A stretch of DNA of 44,785 nt from a virus (taxonomy: Duplodnaviria > Caudoviricetes): positions 1 through 44,785 of the IMG/VR virus record IMGVR_UViG_3300032143_000003; one strand, written 5' to 3'. This document shows positions 16,911 through 25,933 of the stretch, in pieces. Positions within the stretch are counted from its first letter, which is position 1. Every line of letters begins with the position of its first letter. The notes under the pieces were generated by a model that did not search any database, was not told the DNA's origin, and worked only from the letters and a program-made list of their open reading frames with translations. The position numbers were made by a program, and so were the translations under genes.

Positions 16911-19148
16911 TCAATCGCCTCCTTCCCCGATAGACACGACGATGGGGTACGTGCCACACAGGCAGTTACAGACCTCGCCCGCGCTCCCGCGCGGATCGCC
17001 GGGAAATTCAAGCCGCTCCCCCGCGACGTTGAAGTCCTCTTCCAGCAAGACCTCTTGCCCATCTGCCGCGATGTGCGATTCACGCGAGTCCGGTACAAAA
17101 CTACACATCCAGCCCTTGAGCTCGACGAACTCGGTTTCCTTGAATCCCTCGACAGCTCCGTAGTTATCGACCTTCGCGCTCTCCGTCCGCGCCCACAACC
17201 GCGCCCTCCACGGTCCCAGGTCTGTCGCCTTGTCGCTCAAGTTCTGGGCGAGCTGAGCGACCGTCCAGTTTGAATCATTGGCCTCGTGGATCATGCGTTC
17301 GACAATCTCAAGCGTCGTTTCGCTCACCTTCGTGCCCGAGTTAAAGATCATGTTCTTGAGCTTCGCGTCCTGAGCAGGCGTCATCGTGAATACCCATGAC
17401 GCCGGCTTCTTCGGATCGCCCTTCCATGCCTGAGCCTTGAACTCGCCGTCATCGAACAGCTCACACTTCGATGCCCTCATGCCAGCGTTGCCCGCCCGAA
17501 TGAAGTGATCGACATACCAGGGCGTAAACGTCCGGGCATATCGCTTCGCCTCTTCTTTGACGCTGAAGATGTCGGCTGCATGGACTCCGCTCACAGAGCC
17601 GAGCCGGGCGGCCCGCTGCCGAAGTGCATCGGCTTGGGCGCGAAGGTAGCCTTTGGCCATCTGCTCGAACGATTTCTCGCGTGCCTTGACCCGCGCTTCG
17701 AACGTCAGCCAGAGCCGTTCCTTGCGTTCGGGCTTGCCCCAGAATCCCGTCGCCTTATGCTCGGGAATGACCCTGGGGGTGGCTGAGCGGCCCGTAGCGC
17801 CCTTTTCGTCGGCACCCGCGCCCGATCCCTCGGGTTCCGGCTCTTCTTCGTCTACGGGCTTCTCATCAGCCTCTGCGCCATTTCCGCCCGCAAACGACTG
17901 AAGCACGTCCGGGACAGGCTCAGGCTCGGCGACGGATTGCTCAAGCGGGATCTTCCCGATTCCCACCAGGATCACGTCGCCATCCGGCCCAACCTCGTCG
18001 TACCCCGTCGCCTCCCGCTTCTCGTTAACCGTCAGCCAGTCCGATGCGGCAAGGTATGCATACTTGGCCGCCCGGTCCTCTTGGAGTGCCTCGATAGCAT
18101 CCCGGTCATAATCGAGGACTATCCCCTCCCCATAGAGCGGCACGATCCATGCGTTCAGTGCGTCCCGCAGGTTGTCCATGATCGGAAGCACCGTTTCCAT
18201 GTAGAGCGCCTTCCGCGCTTCCTGAACGTTCGAGTAAGTCTTATTCTCGCTGTCGCCCAGAAGTTCCGAGGGCACGTTGAACACGGAGCAGATGCGCCGC
18301 AGGTTGGACTTATCTGCATTCACCCAGTCCATGTCCTTCGGCGAAATGGCGAACTGCTTCCAGTCGAATCCGCCCTCCAGGATCATCGGCGTCCCAGCAT
18401 TCCCCGAGCCCATGTACTTCTCGCGGAGTTGGCGCTCCAGGAACGCACGCTGATCTTCGGTCAGATTGCCCGTGAGCACGAGTGCTCCGGGTGGACGCAT
18501 ATCGTTCTGGAGAATCTTCGCGTTCCACTCAGCTGAGCTATTCGATATGTCGATTGATCTGGCCGCAACCTCTAACCGCGACAGGCCATAGAAGTCATCA
18601 AGCGGATGGAAGTCGCGCAGATGCAGGACGTCTTCCAGCTTGAGTTGCGTCGGGATACCATTCACCTCATAGGTGTATCCGCCGACGAGTTCCTTCCCGC
18701 CCTTCGCACCGGGCTTGACTTTCGTCCTGTCCGGGCGCAGCGCATAGAGAAAGCGGGGCGGCTGTGTCCCGATCCCGACACGCAGGATGTAGCTGTTCCC
18801 GGCCAGGAGTTTGTAGCTCACGACCTTTTCGATAAACTGGAACCCGTGATCATATTCGTTCGGGTGAGCCAAGAGTTCCGAGAGCGGGCTGTTATCAAGC
18901 TCCGTCAGCTCACCGTCCGAAGCCTTGCGCCCAACGGTCCATGAGATGCCCGCAGCTGAGCGGGCGATCAGACTCACGCACGCAAAGGCCGGGGCGCAGA
19001 GCTTATAGCCCGCCTGAGCCAGCTTGCCGTAGTCGGCGGGCGTCCATACAGCCTCCTGCCCATACATCATCGCCAGGATGGACTTCCAGACGGGATTTTC
19101 TTTTTGTTCTTTTGCTCTCGAAATATTAAGTCCTAAAATTCTCATCAT
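16911..19148 (-). CDS. Portal protein (HK97 family) fused to a MuF/SPP1 gp7-like minor head domain
   Basis: Portal motifs LLAHPNEY, VLHLRDF, YGLSRL, FNVPSELLG, LTVNEKR. C-terminal MuF motifs RARLWARTE, RESHIAADGQ, FPGDP...CNCLC. Confidence 0.9.
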   Translation of the reverse strand: MMRILGLNISRAKEQKENPVWKSILAMMYGQEAVWTPADYGKLAQAGYKLCAPAFACVSLIARSAAGISWTVGRKASDGELTELDNSPLSELLAHPNEYDHGFQFIEKVVSYKLLAGNSYILRVGIGTQPPRFLYALRPDRTKVKPGAKGGKELVGGYTYEVNGIPTQLKLEDVLHLRDFHPLDDFYGLSRLEVAARSIDISNSSAEWNAKILQNDMRPPGALVLTGNLTEDQRAFLERQLREKYMGSGNAGTPMILEGGFDWKQFAISPKDMDWVNADKSNLRRICSVFNVPSELLGDSENKTYSNVQEARKALYMETVLPIMDNLRDALNAWIVPLYGEGIVLDYDRDAIEALQEDRAAKYAYLAASDWLTVNEKREATGYDEVGPDGDVILVGIGKIPLEQSVAEPEPVPDVLQSFAGGNGAEADEKPVDEEEPEPEGSGAGADEKGATGRSATPRVIPEHKATGFWGKPERKERLWLTFEARVKAREKSFEQMAKGYLRAQADALRQRAARLGSVSGVHAADIFSVKEEAKRYARTFTPWYVDHFIRAGNAGMRASKCELFDDGEFKAQAWKGDPKKPASWVFTMTPAQDAKLKNMIFNSGTKVSETTLEIVERMIHEANDSNWTVAQLAQNLSDKATDLGPWRARLWARTESAKVDNYGAVEGFKETEFVELKGWMCSFVPDSRESHIAADGQEVLLEEDFNVAGERLEFPGDPRGSAGEVCNCLCGTYPIVVSIGEGGD

Positions 19149-19149
19149 G

Positions 19150-20355
19150 CTATATGCTCCAAATCCTCGGCTCTACCCTCGGCCCTCCAATGAGCCAGTA
19201 ACTGAGGGCCAGAGCGATGACCGCATCATCGTGATAACCGGCGGGAGCCGCGTAGTGCACCATCCCGCTTGACCCGATCTGGTATTCGAAAATCTCCAGT
19301 TCATTCTTCTGCACCCCTTCGTCCAGGATCGAAATCTTCTGCTGATCGAACCCGATCATGAGCGTCTCGATCAGCTTCTTCTTGCTCTCGGCCGTAAACT
19401 TATAGCCCTCGACGTTCAGCCCGGCGCGACGCAGGTCCTCATAGATCGGATCACCGACACCGCTTGAGTCCACGTTGAGCTTCGCCTTGTATTTGCGGAT
19501 GACCGGGATGATGCGATCTTTCTGAACCGTCCAGTCCAGTAGGTTGAAGCGGTCCCAATAGACTTGTCGTGCGTTCTGGTCGAGGATCGTTAAGACCGTG
19601 AAGTCCGTGAGCCGCGCCAAATCCAGTCCGCCGTAGTATTCCTTGCCGGCAAGCGGCTCCTCACGCCTGGAACCGATGCAGGCGCCGATATTCCTGAACA
19701 CGCCCGCGCTGTTCTCTAAGAACTCGGCCAGGTATTCTTGGCTGAATACATCGACGGGAAGCGATTGCCGCGCCTGCTCGATGTCCTCGGCGCTCACCTT
19801 TGGGTTATCAGCAGTCGGGAACTTCCAGGATTTATAATCAGGCTGAAGGGGGTCTTGGCCGCGCGTGTGCATCTCGTAGAACCAGTTCTTGCCCTTGGGT
19901 GTTGAGATGAACAGCACGCGCCCATGCGTATCGGATACGGCAGGACGCAGGACGGCCTCCCATGCTTCGCGTTGAACCCTAGCCGCCTCGTCCACGACCA
20001 CGCGGTGAAGTCCTTCGCCGCGCAGGTTGTCGGGATTGTCGGCAGACTTGAACGTCATCGCCGCCCCGTTCACGAATTCGATCCGCATCTCCGTGAGCGA
20101 TACGCTCTTAAAAATGGCCTCGGCCTTGCCCTTCCTTGCCGCCGCCAAGAACGTGCGGAAGGCCATCTTGCTTTGAGAGTAGATCGGGGAGACATACCAG
20201 TATTCGCCGGGCACTTGACAGGCACCTTCGAGGAGCCAGTTCAGACCCGTCAGTGATTTGCCCCAACGTCTGCCCGCGTCCAGAATCAGGAACCTGGCGG
20301 GGGATGCAAATATCAAACGCTGACTTTCTCGCGGTGCGTAACCAAAGACCTTCAT
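19150..20355 (-). CDS. terL: Terminase large subunit
   Basis: Walker A AGRRWGKS, Walker B VVVDEAA, ISTPKG, RNase H-like GLDLA and HDDAVIALAL. Confidence 0.95.
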   Translation of the reverse strand: MKVFGYAPRESQRLIFASPARFLILDAGRRWGKSLTGLNWLLEGACQVPGEYWYVSPIYSQSKMAFRTFLAAARKGKAEAIFKSVSLTEMRIEFVNGAAMTFKSADNPDNLRGEGLHRVVVDEAARVQREAWEAVLRPAVSDTHGRVLFISTPKGKNWFYEMHTRGQDPLQPDYKSWKFPTADNPKVSAEDIEQARQSLPVDVFSQEYLAEFLENSAGVFRNIGACIGSRREEPLAGKEYYGGLDLARLTDFTVLTILDQNARQVYWDRFNLLDWTVQKDRIIPVIRKYKAKLNVDSSGVGDPIYEDLRRAGLNVEGYKFTAESKKKLIETLMIGFDQQKISILDEGVQKNELEIFEYQIGSSGMVHYAAPAGYHDDAVIALALSYWLIGGPRVEPRIWSI

Positions 20356-20624
20356 ATGGTCTCATGCCCATTTCCGTTCTCGCCGAAATCGAAGGAAAGG
20401 ACGTGCGAGATTTCGCCGGATTGCTTGACCTCTTGCGGGAACAGTTTGGTCTCCATCTGATAGAAGAGCGTCAGGTTCCGGTCATTCTTTTCAGCCCATG
20501 CCTTTAGCCGCTTCCGTCCGCCGATGGCGTTGTGAACCCATAGCCAGTCGGCCTTGAGCGAAGTAAATTTAGAGACTGCCCCCTTCGGTTTTCCTGGATT
20601 TCCCGGTTGAAACTTTTTTCCCAT
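20352..20624 (-). CDS. Probable terminase small subunit
   Basis: Immediately upstream of terL; FQPGNPGKPKG N-terminal motif. Confidence 0.65.
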   Translation of the reverse strand: MGKKFQPGNPGKPKGAVSKFTSLKADWLWVHNAIGGRKRLKAWAEKNDRNLTLFYQMETKLFPQEVKQSGEISHVLSFDFGENGNGHETI

Positions 20625-20811
20625 TATCTCGATACTCTTCGTTATTTACGATTGCCACCATGACCTCTTCATCGGCCCTGTGAAGCCGTTGTAGTGCATC
20701 CATCACTTCGTCCGTTGGCAGGAATCGGAGCCTAATCTCCCCCTCCTTGTCGCCGGAAACGAGCGATTTGACGCTGATGGATTTTATGAGTGCGGGGAAC
20801 GCTGTTCTCAT
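20569..20811 (-). CDS. Hypothetical protein
   Basis: 80-aa ORF on the operon strand. Confidence 0.55.
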   Translation of the reverse strand: MRTAFPALIKSISVKSLVSGDKEGEIRLRFLPTDEVMDALQRLHRADEEVMVAIVNNEEYRDNGKKVSTGKSRKTEGGSL

Positions 20812-20883
20812 GGTTTATTTGTGGGCGGTATTATCTCGGGAATTGCCCTTCGCATGGCCGCCCGTCGTGATTACCAACCTCGA

Positions 20884-20986
20884 TTTAAGGTTAACGGCGG
20901 TTAACCTTAAAATGGACAAAAATACCTACACTTAGCGATAAGTGTCGGGGCAATGCCTGACAATTCCTAGGTAATGATGATTACCT
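20884..20986. repeat. Cluster of three perfect inverted repeats with 4-nt loops
   Basis: TTTAAGGTTAAC-ggcg-GTTAACCTTAAA (20884-20911), ACACTTA-gcga-TAAGTGT (20928-20945), AGGTAAT-gatg-ATTACCT (20969-20986). Confidence 0.85.
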
Positions 20987-21004
20987 TAATAAGCACGTTC
21001 GCTA

Positions 21005-21271
21005 TTAACGGATATCGGGTTTCACGTTAATAGCCGCAATCTTCTTCCTCAGCCGCTCCAGCCCCTTCGCCGTCACGTCCTCGAAGTCGTATCGATCACG
21101 TAGCTTGTGATATGCGCTCAGCTTATTCGTGAAGAAGCGTATCTCCTCGATGGCATAGTCGTTATCGGCACCGATCTCGTACACTTCCACGCGGCCGCAG
21201 ACGTAGCCCTCGAAATCGCGGTTCAGGATGCCCTCTTCGATGAACGACAGGAAGAACGTCTTGCCCCTCAT
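21005..21271 (-). CDS. Hypothetical protein
   Basis: 88-aa ORF with an ATGA overlap. Confidence 0.6.
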   Translation of the reverse strand: MRGKTFFLSFIEEGILNRDFEGYVCGRVEVYEIGADNDYAIEEIRFFTNKLSAYHKLRDRYDFEDVTAKGLERLRKKIAAINVKPDIR

Positions 21272-21507
21272 CGGTTATGCCTCACGGCCCAGTACGTCCC
21301 GATCCCATTCCCCACGACGAAACCCACGATGCACGTCATGTCGTGTGTCGCCAGCGCCCGTTCGATCACCCCGAAGGTGAACAGGGGAATGATCACGGCA
21401 TAGACCGACGCCCGGAAGGCCCGACGCTCCGATAAGGCCAGGTAATACCATGCGATGAATATATCCGCGACGACCCCGAGGCCGACGTAGGTAAGCAGGG
21501 TCAGCAA
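21268..21507 (-). CDS. Small multi-pass membrane protein
   Basis: Three hydrophobic segments. Confidence 0.6.
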   Translation of the reverse strand: MLTLLTYVGLGVVADIFIAWYYLALSERRAFRASVYAVIIPLFTFGVIERALATHDMTCIVGFVVGNGIGTYWAVRHNR

Positions 21508-21522
21508 GCGGAGGCTCCCCGG

Positions 21523-21663
21523 TCATGCCCGCCCCTTGAACCACCGCCATACCACGATCATGCAAAACCCGAGCGCGAGTAGTGCCCCGATGTTCAACGG
21601 CGAGAACTGGAGCTTTACCTGAAGGGCAAAGGCTATGTTCAAATACTCGGGTATGAGGTTCAT
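21523..21663 (-). CDS. Small membrane protein (46 aa, not in the ORF track)
   Basis: Read by hand: MNLIPEYLNIAFALQVKLQFSPLNIGALLALGFCMIVVWRWFKGRA; ATGA overlap with the upstream gene. Confidence 0.5.
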   Translation of the reverse strand: MNLIPEYLNIAFALQVKLQFSPLNIGALLALGFCMIVVWRWFKGRA

Positions 21664-21998
21664 GTTTTGCTTCTCTTCCTACTCGCGGTTGCAGCTATAG
21701 CTGCGTTTGCGGCAGCACTGGCCGCCCCGGCAACGGCTATCGATAAGCCCTTAATGTCCTCAAAGAGTTTTTTGTGGTCATCGCGGTTCTCTGTATGAAG
21801 GCTGGCTAATTCCTTCGCCAAATCCGCACCTTGTTTCTCGCCTGAATCTATCTGTGATGCAAGCCCTGAATGGAGCGGGCATGGCCTCCCATTCCCGTTC
21901 TTGCCATTCTTCCGTGCATCGTATATGAGTTTAGTCCAGGCTGCTATATTGCCTAATCCAAGTCCGATTGCCGTAGCTTCGCCCACTGATAGCGACAT
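21660..21998 (-). CDS. Membrane-anchored coiled-coil protein (possible holin/lysis accessory)
   Basis: N-terminal hydrophobic helix followed by a coiled coil. Confidence 0.45.
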   Translation of the reverse strand: MSLSVGEATAIGLGLGNIAAWTKLIYDARKNGKNGNGRPCPLHSGLASQIDSGEKQGADLAKELASLHTENRDDHKKLFEDIKGLSIAVAGAASAAANAAIAATASRKRSKT

Positions 21999-21999
21999 C

Positions 22000-22623
22000 T
22001 CATTTCCCCTTCAGCGCCGAATATCCGATGTATCCGAGCGCCCCAGCTATTAAGCCGGACTTAATGTTTGACATGACCCGCGTCCATCGGAGCTTATTCT
22101 CCGACGCCTTCCAGCCCTTTTCGGCAAGCGTACGAAGGTGAATCTCGCTTTCGTATTTCTGCTTCCAGGATTCGGAAATCGTAACCTGGGCGTCATACTT
22201 CGCGGCCCATGCGGAGATTACCTTGTCCTTCTCCGCAATAATGAGCGTTGCGGTGTTATACTGTGCACGCCAATTCTCTACCATAGCGGTTAGGATCGGC
22301 ACTCGATCTGTATCGGTCTTGGCCTGGGCCAACCGGCCCCCGAGCGTGACAAGATCGGCGCCCCTGTGGCCAATGGTATCGGTCAGGCGACCGATGGCCC
22401 TGTTCTTCTCGGCGATCTCTTTGTCCCGTTGCCCCACAGCCTTCTGCATTTCGCCTATTTGTAGGGTAAGCGCCTTGCCGTTTACTCGTTCTTGAGTAAG
22501 CGCTTCTTCATACTTCCCGGCGGCAACGGATGCCTTATCGCGCAGGCGCAGGCCGTCGCAGACCGCGACGGTCAAGGCCAATGCGAGGCCCAGCGCGATC
22601 CAGTATATCGGCTTGATCTTCAT
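22000..22623 (-). CDS. Membrane-anchored coiled-coil protein (possible spanin-like)
   Basis: N-terminal TM segment, long heptad region, hydrophobic C-terminal tail. Confidence 0.45.
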   Translation of the reverse strand: MKIKPIYWIALGLALALTVAVCDGLRLRDKASVAAGKYEEALTQERVNGKALTLQIGEMQKAVGQRDKEIAEKNRAIGRLTDTIGHRGADLVTLGGRLAQAKTDTDRVPILTAMVENWRAQYNTATLIIAEKDKVISAWAAKYDAQVTISESWKQKYESEIHLRTLAEKGWKASENKLRWTRVMSNIKSGLIAGALGYIGYSALKGK

Positions 22624-22823
22624 TCGCTTCTCTGGTGCTCCTCAATTTTTCGGATGGCGAATTCCTTGCGCCACGCATACTCCTCAACCTTGCCGGGATT
22701 CCATGTCTTGATCGGTCGCAGGTAACCTACGATGCGACTGTAGACCTCAACTTCCTTCCCGCAAATGGGACAGCACGGCATCATATCCTTGCCGCACTTG
22801 GGACATACGGACGTCGCGCCCAT
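22620..22823 (-). CDS. Stand-alone NrdD C-terminal zinc-ribbon/glycyl-radical domain protein
   Basis: CPKCG...CPICG..EVYSRIVGYLRPIKTWNPGK.EE...R matches the C-terminus of class III ribonucleotide reductase. Confidence 0.85.
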   Translation of the reverse strand: MGATSVCPKCGKDMMPCCPICGKEVEVYSRIVGYLRPIKTWNPGKVEEYAWRKEFAIRKIEEHQRSE

Positions 22824-22826
22824 GCG

Positions 22827-23078
22827 TCAGCTCCCGTTCCCCCCCGCGACCTGCACGAGCGAATAAGCGCTCAGGGCACCGATGATGACCGTCACCGCGA
22901 AGGTGATGGCGGCGAAAGTGAGCGGCAAACCCTCATTCAGGAACTTGTAGAGCGTGACGCCGACAGACGCCAGGATAACCAGCGCCCTGGCGGCTGTCCC
23001 CTGAACGACGCTGGGGAGCAGTTTCTTGAAAAACTGAACTGCGGCCATGACAACGGCAATTGCTTCAACTGTTGACAT
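22827..23078 (-). CDS. Probable holin
   Basis: 83 aa, three hydrophobic segments, AGGAG RBS. Confidence 0.55.
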   Translation of the reverse strand: MSTVEAIAVVMAAVQFFKKLLPSVVQGTAARALVILASVGVTLYKFLNEGLPLTFAAITFAVTVIIGALSAYSLVQVAGGNGS

Positions 23079-23096
23079 GAATTTCTCCTTAAAGAT

Positions 23097-23333
23097 TTAT
23101 TGCTTTCCCGGTATCTCGGGCGTAGGTTCCGTATTCTGCACGTCAACCCCTGCGAAATTCGGCTGGAGTGTGAACCGATGCTTACCGTCCTTGGCTTTCT
23201 CGGCTAGGCCCAATTCCTCATAGATCACTTCCAACGTGCTGTTAAGTTGTTGAAACCAAGCTTGTTCGTATTGGCGTTTCAACTCGTTCAAGAGCCGCGC
23301 CTGAGTCTTGGTGAACGGGACGGATTCTTTCAT
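23097..23333 (-). CDS. Hypothetical protein
   Basis: 78-aa ORF with an ATGA overlap. Confidence 0.6.
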   Translation of the reverse strand: MKESVPFTKTQARLLNELKRQYEQAWFQQLNSTLEVIYEELGLAEKAKDGKHRFTLQPNFAGVDVQNTEPTPEIPGKQ

Positions 23334-23557
23334 TCCTTCTCCCTTCCCTCATATTCAATAAGCCAATCCAAGTATGTCTTGGCTTTAAGCAAGTCCTCAA
23401 TCGGCGTGCCCTTATAACGATATCGGCTTATATACTTGATGACCTGGCCTTTGAGATAACCTCGATATTCGTCCGGCGTGAAATTCGATTCTATAAAATC
23501 AATCGGCTGGATAACACCCCGATTGTAATGGCCGACGGGCGGTTTAAACCTTGGCAT
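23330..23557 (-). CDS. DUF3310-family protein (start MPRFKPP)
   Basis: HYN.G.IQPIDFI...YLKGQVIKYISRY.YKG..IEDLLKA..YL. Confidence 0.85.
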   Translation of the reverse strand: MPRFKPPVGHYNRGVIQPIDFIESNFTPDEYRGYLKGQVIKYISRYRYKGTPIEDLLKAKTYLDWLIEYEGREKE

Positions 23558-23918
23558 CCGGCACGCTCCTGACCCCGTAGAATGACGGCATCCCCAGCTC
23601 CGCAGCCCGTGAAAACTCTGCTTGGCATCCTTCGCTCGCTTCCCATCCCGGCAACAAGACGATGATGTCGGAAACCTCAAGGAACGCCATGCTGATGGAC
23701 TTGATAGCGTCCTCGGTTATGGTGTCGCCGCCATACGTTAGCGATAAGAAATATTGATAATCGAGGGCAGGGCAATATGGCGCATAGCCCTTGGCGATGA
23801 GGCCAATGGCGACTTGCACCATGTCCCTGATATTGAGGAGATATTCTATAGCCGCATTCTGCGTATCGGGCCTGTTCCCGTAGGGCGTCATGGGCCCCGC
23901 AATATAGGCGATCTTCAA
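23544..23918 (-). CDS. DUF4406/DUF1937-like (nucleoside deoxyribosyltransferase-fold) protein
   Basis: YIAGPMT and LLPGWEASEGCQAE. Confidence 0.75.
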   Translation of the reverse strand: MKIAYIAGPMTPYGNRPDTQNAAIEYLLNIRDMVQVAIGLIAKGYAPYCPALDYQYFLSLTYGGDTITEDAIKSISMAFLEVSDIIVLLPGWEASEGCQAEFSRAAELGMPSFYGVRSVPDAKV

Positions 23919-24181
23919 CCCTTGTCCTCCATGTCCGAAGAGGGATGCTTGTCTCCCGGTTCACGCTTTATCCTCAAGCGCTGGGCGTCATGACGCGATC
24001 CTCCAATGCCAAAATAGTCGATGATCCACCAAAGGAGTCCTTCCCCGGACTTGAGTTCATCGATCTCGTCGTCGGTAATGACCTCGGCCGCCCAGCCGGG
24101 ATCGCCCTCGTCCCGCGGGAAGCGGCAGATGTAGCCGTTCCCAACCCTCGTTATCTCAACCGCGAAATCGTTCAGCTTCAT
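23915..24181 (-). CDS. Hypothetical protein (start MKLNDF)
   Basis: ATGA overlap with the upstream gene. Confidence 0.55.
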   Translation of the reverse strand: MKLNDFAVEITRVGNGYICRFPRDEGDPGWAAEVITDDEIDELKSGEGLLWWIIDYFGIGGSRHDAQRLRIKREPGDKHPSSDMEDKG

Positions 24182-24462
24182 TCCGTCCCCGGCACGGGAA
24201 CAAACACGTCCCCGTTCTCTTGCTTTTTCATGTCTTCCATGTTGGCTACCTGCCGGCGGTAGGTCTCGATCTTGGCACATTCAAAGGCGCCGATGATCTC
24301 GTTGAATACCCGATACGATATCCCGTGCTGTGTCAGATAAATTTGACCAAGCATCGTGATGAGATAGTTCAACTCGCCAGCCGTATCGATGCGCAATCCT
24401 TTTACCCCGGTCTCGAAATCAAGGAACGATTCGCGCCGAGCCTTTGTGATATAGGGAGACAC
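24178..24462 (-). CDS. Conserved phage protein (DUF6899-like)
   Basis: PYI..R...GELNYLIT...FNEIIGAFECAKIETYRR....ED.K..ENGDV; family name recalled from memory. Confidence 0.65.
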   Translation of the reverse strand: MSPYITKARRESFLDFETGVKGLRIDTAGELNYLITMLGQIYLTQHGISYRVFNEIIGAFECAKIETYRRQVANMEDMKKQENGDVFVPVPGTE

Positions 24463-25007
24463 TATATCCTCTCTCTATGAACAAAATTTCCCAGTGTGTG
24501 CTGTAAACTGGCATACGTATCAATCAAATTTTTCATACCAATAACAACTATTTCTTTTTTGGCTACCAAAAATGGAATAACCAACAAAAGTAAATAAATT
24601 AGTGCCGCGCCCTGATTCATGTGCCAAACATAAAACGGTTTCCCTTTTTTCGTTTTCTGTTCGGATATGGAACCACCAAAGTTTTCCTTTATCCATTGGA
24701 TGGTGGGTTTATCCGTCATGCCAATGCGTAACCGTATTTGTCCATCCTTTCTAATCTGTAAATATCCCTCTCCGTCAATTAAGCCTGCTAAATATGCAAC
24801 GCGATTAGACCAATTTCGCTTTTTGTTATAAGAATCAATAAAATCAATGATCTCTACTTGGGGTTTATTTCCGGCATGTTTTATGATTTTATTTAATAAA
24901 GAACCCTGATGAGATAGTTTCAGTAATGTATCGACATTGCGAGGAGTGCCTTTTGGCCACCCAATAAAGGATTCCTGTTTCTTACCCTTGGGCCATGCCA
25001 TTTTCAT
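24462..25007 (-). CDS. Free-standing LAGLIDADG homing endonuclease
   Basis: AYLAGLIDGEG and IGMTD...IKENFGG; markedly AT-rich compared with its flanks. Confidence 0.9.
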   Translation of the reverse strand: MKMAWPKGKKQESFIGWPKGTPRNVDTLLKLSHQGSLLNKIIKHAGNKPQVEIIDFIDSYNKKRNWSNRVAYLAGLIDGEGYLQIRKDGQIRLRIGMTDKPTIQWIKENFGGSISEQKTKKGKPFYVWHMNQGAALIYLLLLVIPFLVAKKEIVVIGMKNLIDTYASLQHTLGNFVHRERI

Positions 25008-25920
25008 GTCCTAGCCAGAAATCCCAATCAGTTCGGCTGTCGAAAAGGTGGAAGTATCCGTTCTTGAGCATCCCGAAGCCGGGGTTCCAGAATGGATGCG
25101 TCGTGGACTTGAGGTTCATGTACTCGATCTTCTGCATATCGAACATCCCGCCCAGATCGATGGCCAGATATTGCCCGCTTATGTCATACGCATAGCCCAA
25201 GAAGTGCCCGTGCGTGTTGATGATGTTCTTGTGATACTTAGCCGCCAGGAGCCGGGCAACGCCCATACTGACGCGGCTATAGCTCCGGGGATGGACGCAG
25301 AGCCAGGCGTCGCCTATCGTGAGTTTGTCATAGAGCGAATATTTGAACCGCTTGCCGTATTCCGGGCCGCTCCAGAGCTCGAAGAGATATCGGGCCTGGA
25401 TGAGACCGTTCGTTTGCCGTCCAAGCCTGTCCTCGTGGTTCCCCTTGACGACGACGATCTCCTCAAACTGGGCCAAGAGCGACTGAATGAGCCGCTTGTT
25501 TTCATCGGCCTCGTCCGCGATTCCGGGTTTGTGATCGCTGTAATAGCGGGACGCAAACCCGAAGTCCACGAGGTCTCCGATGACCACAAGCTTTTTGATG
25601 CCGAACCGCTCGGCGATCTGGAGGCTCCGGTTATGCCAAGCGACGGAATAGTACGGCGAATGGTAATCGCACGTAATGATGTAATCATCCATAGGGAGCT
25701 TGAGGTCGCCGTTGAAAATGGGGATGTCTAGATTCTCTTTGAGCGTCCCGCGTGGTGTCACGCTATACCGGCGAAGCGCGTTTTCGACGCATTGCAGGGA
25801 CACGCCAAGTTCGACGGCGATCTGCTTGGCTTGAGCACCGGCCGCCCTCAATTCCTTGAGCCGCCCTAAGCTCTCCGGCGTCCACCGGACCCGGAGATGA
25901 TCCGTCGGTTGCGTTTCTAT
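24982..25920 (-). CDS. Calcineurin-like metallophosphoesterase with an N-terminal HTH
   Basis: CDYH, GDLVDF, GNHEDR and HGH motifs; the frame extends to an ATA at 25920 behind GGAGG (the track starts it at 25851). Confidence 0.8.
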   Translation of the reverse strand: METQPTDHLRVRWTPESLGRLKELRAAGAQAKQIAVELGVSLQCVENALRRYSVTPRGTLKENLDIPIFNGDLKLPMDDYIITCDYHSPYYSVAWHNRSLQIAERFGIKKLVVIGDLVDFGFASRYYSDHKPGIADEADENKRLIQSLLAQFEEIVVVKGNHEDRLGRQTNGLIQARYLFELWSGPEYGKRFKYSLYDKLTIGDAWLCVHPRSYSRVSMGVARLLAAKYHKNIINTHGHFLGYAYDISGQYLAIDLGGMFDMQKIEYMNLKSTTHPFWNPGFGMLKNGYFHLFDSRTDWDFWLGHENGMAQG

Positions 25921-25933
25921 GTCGGCCTCCTAT

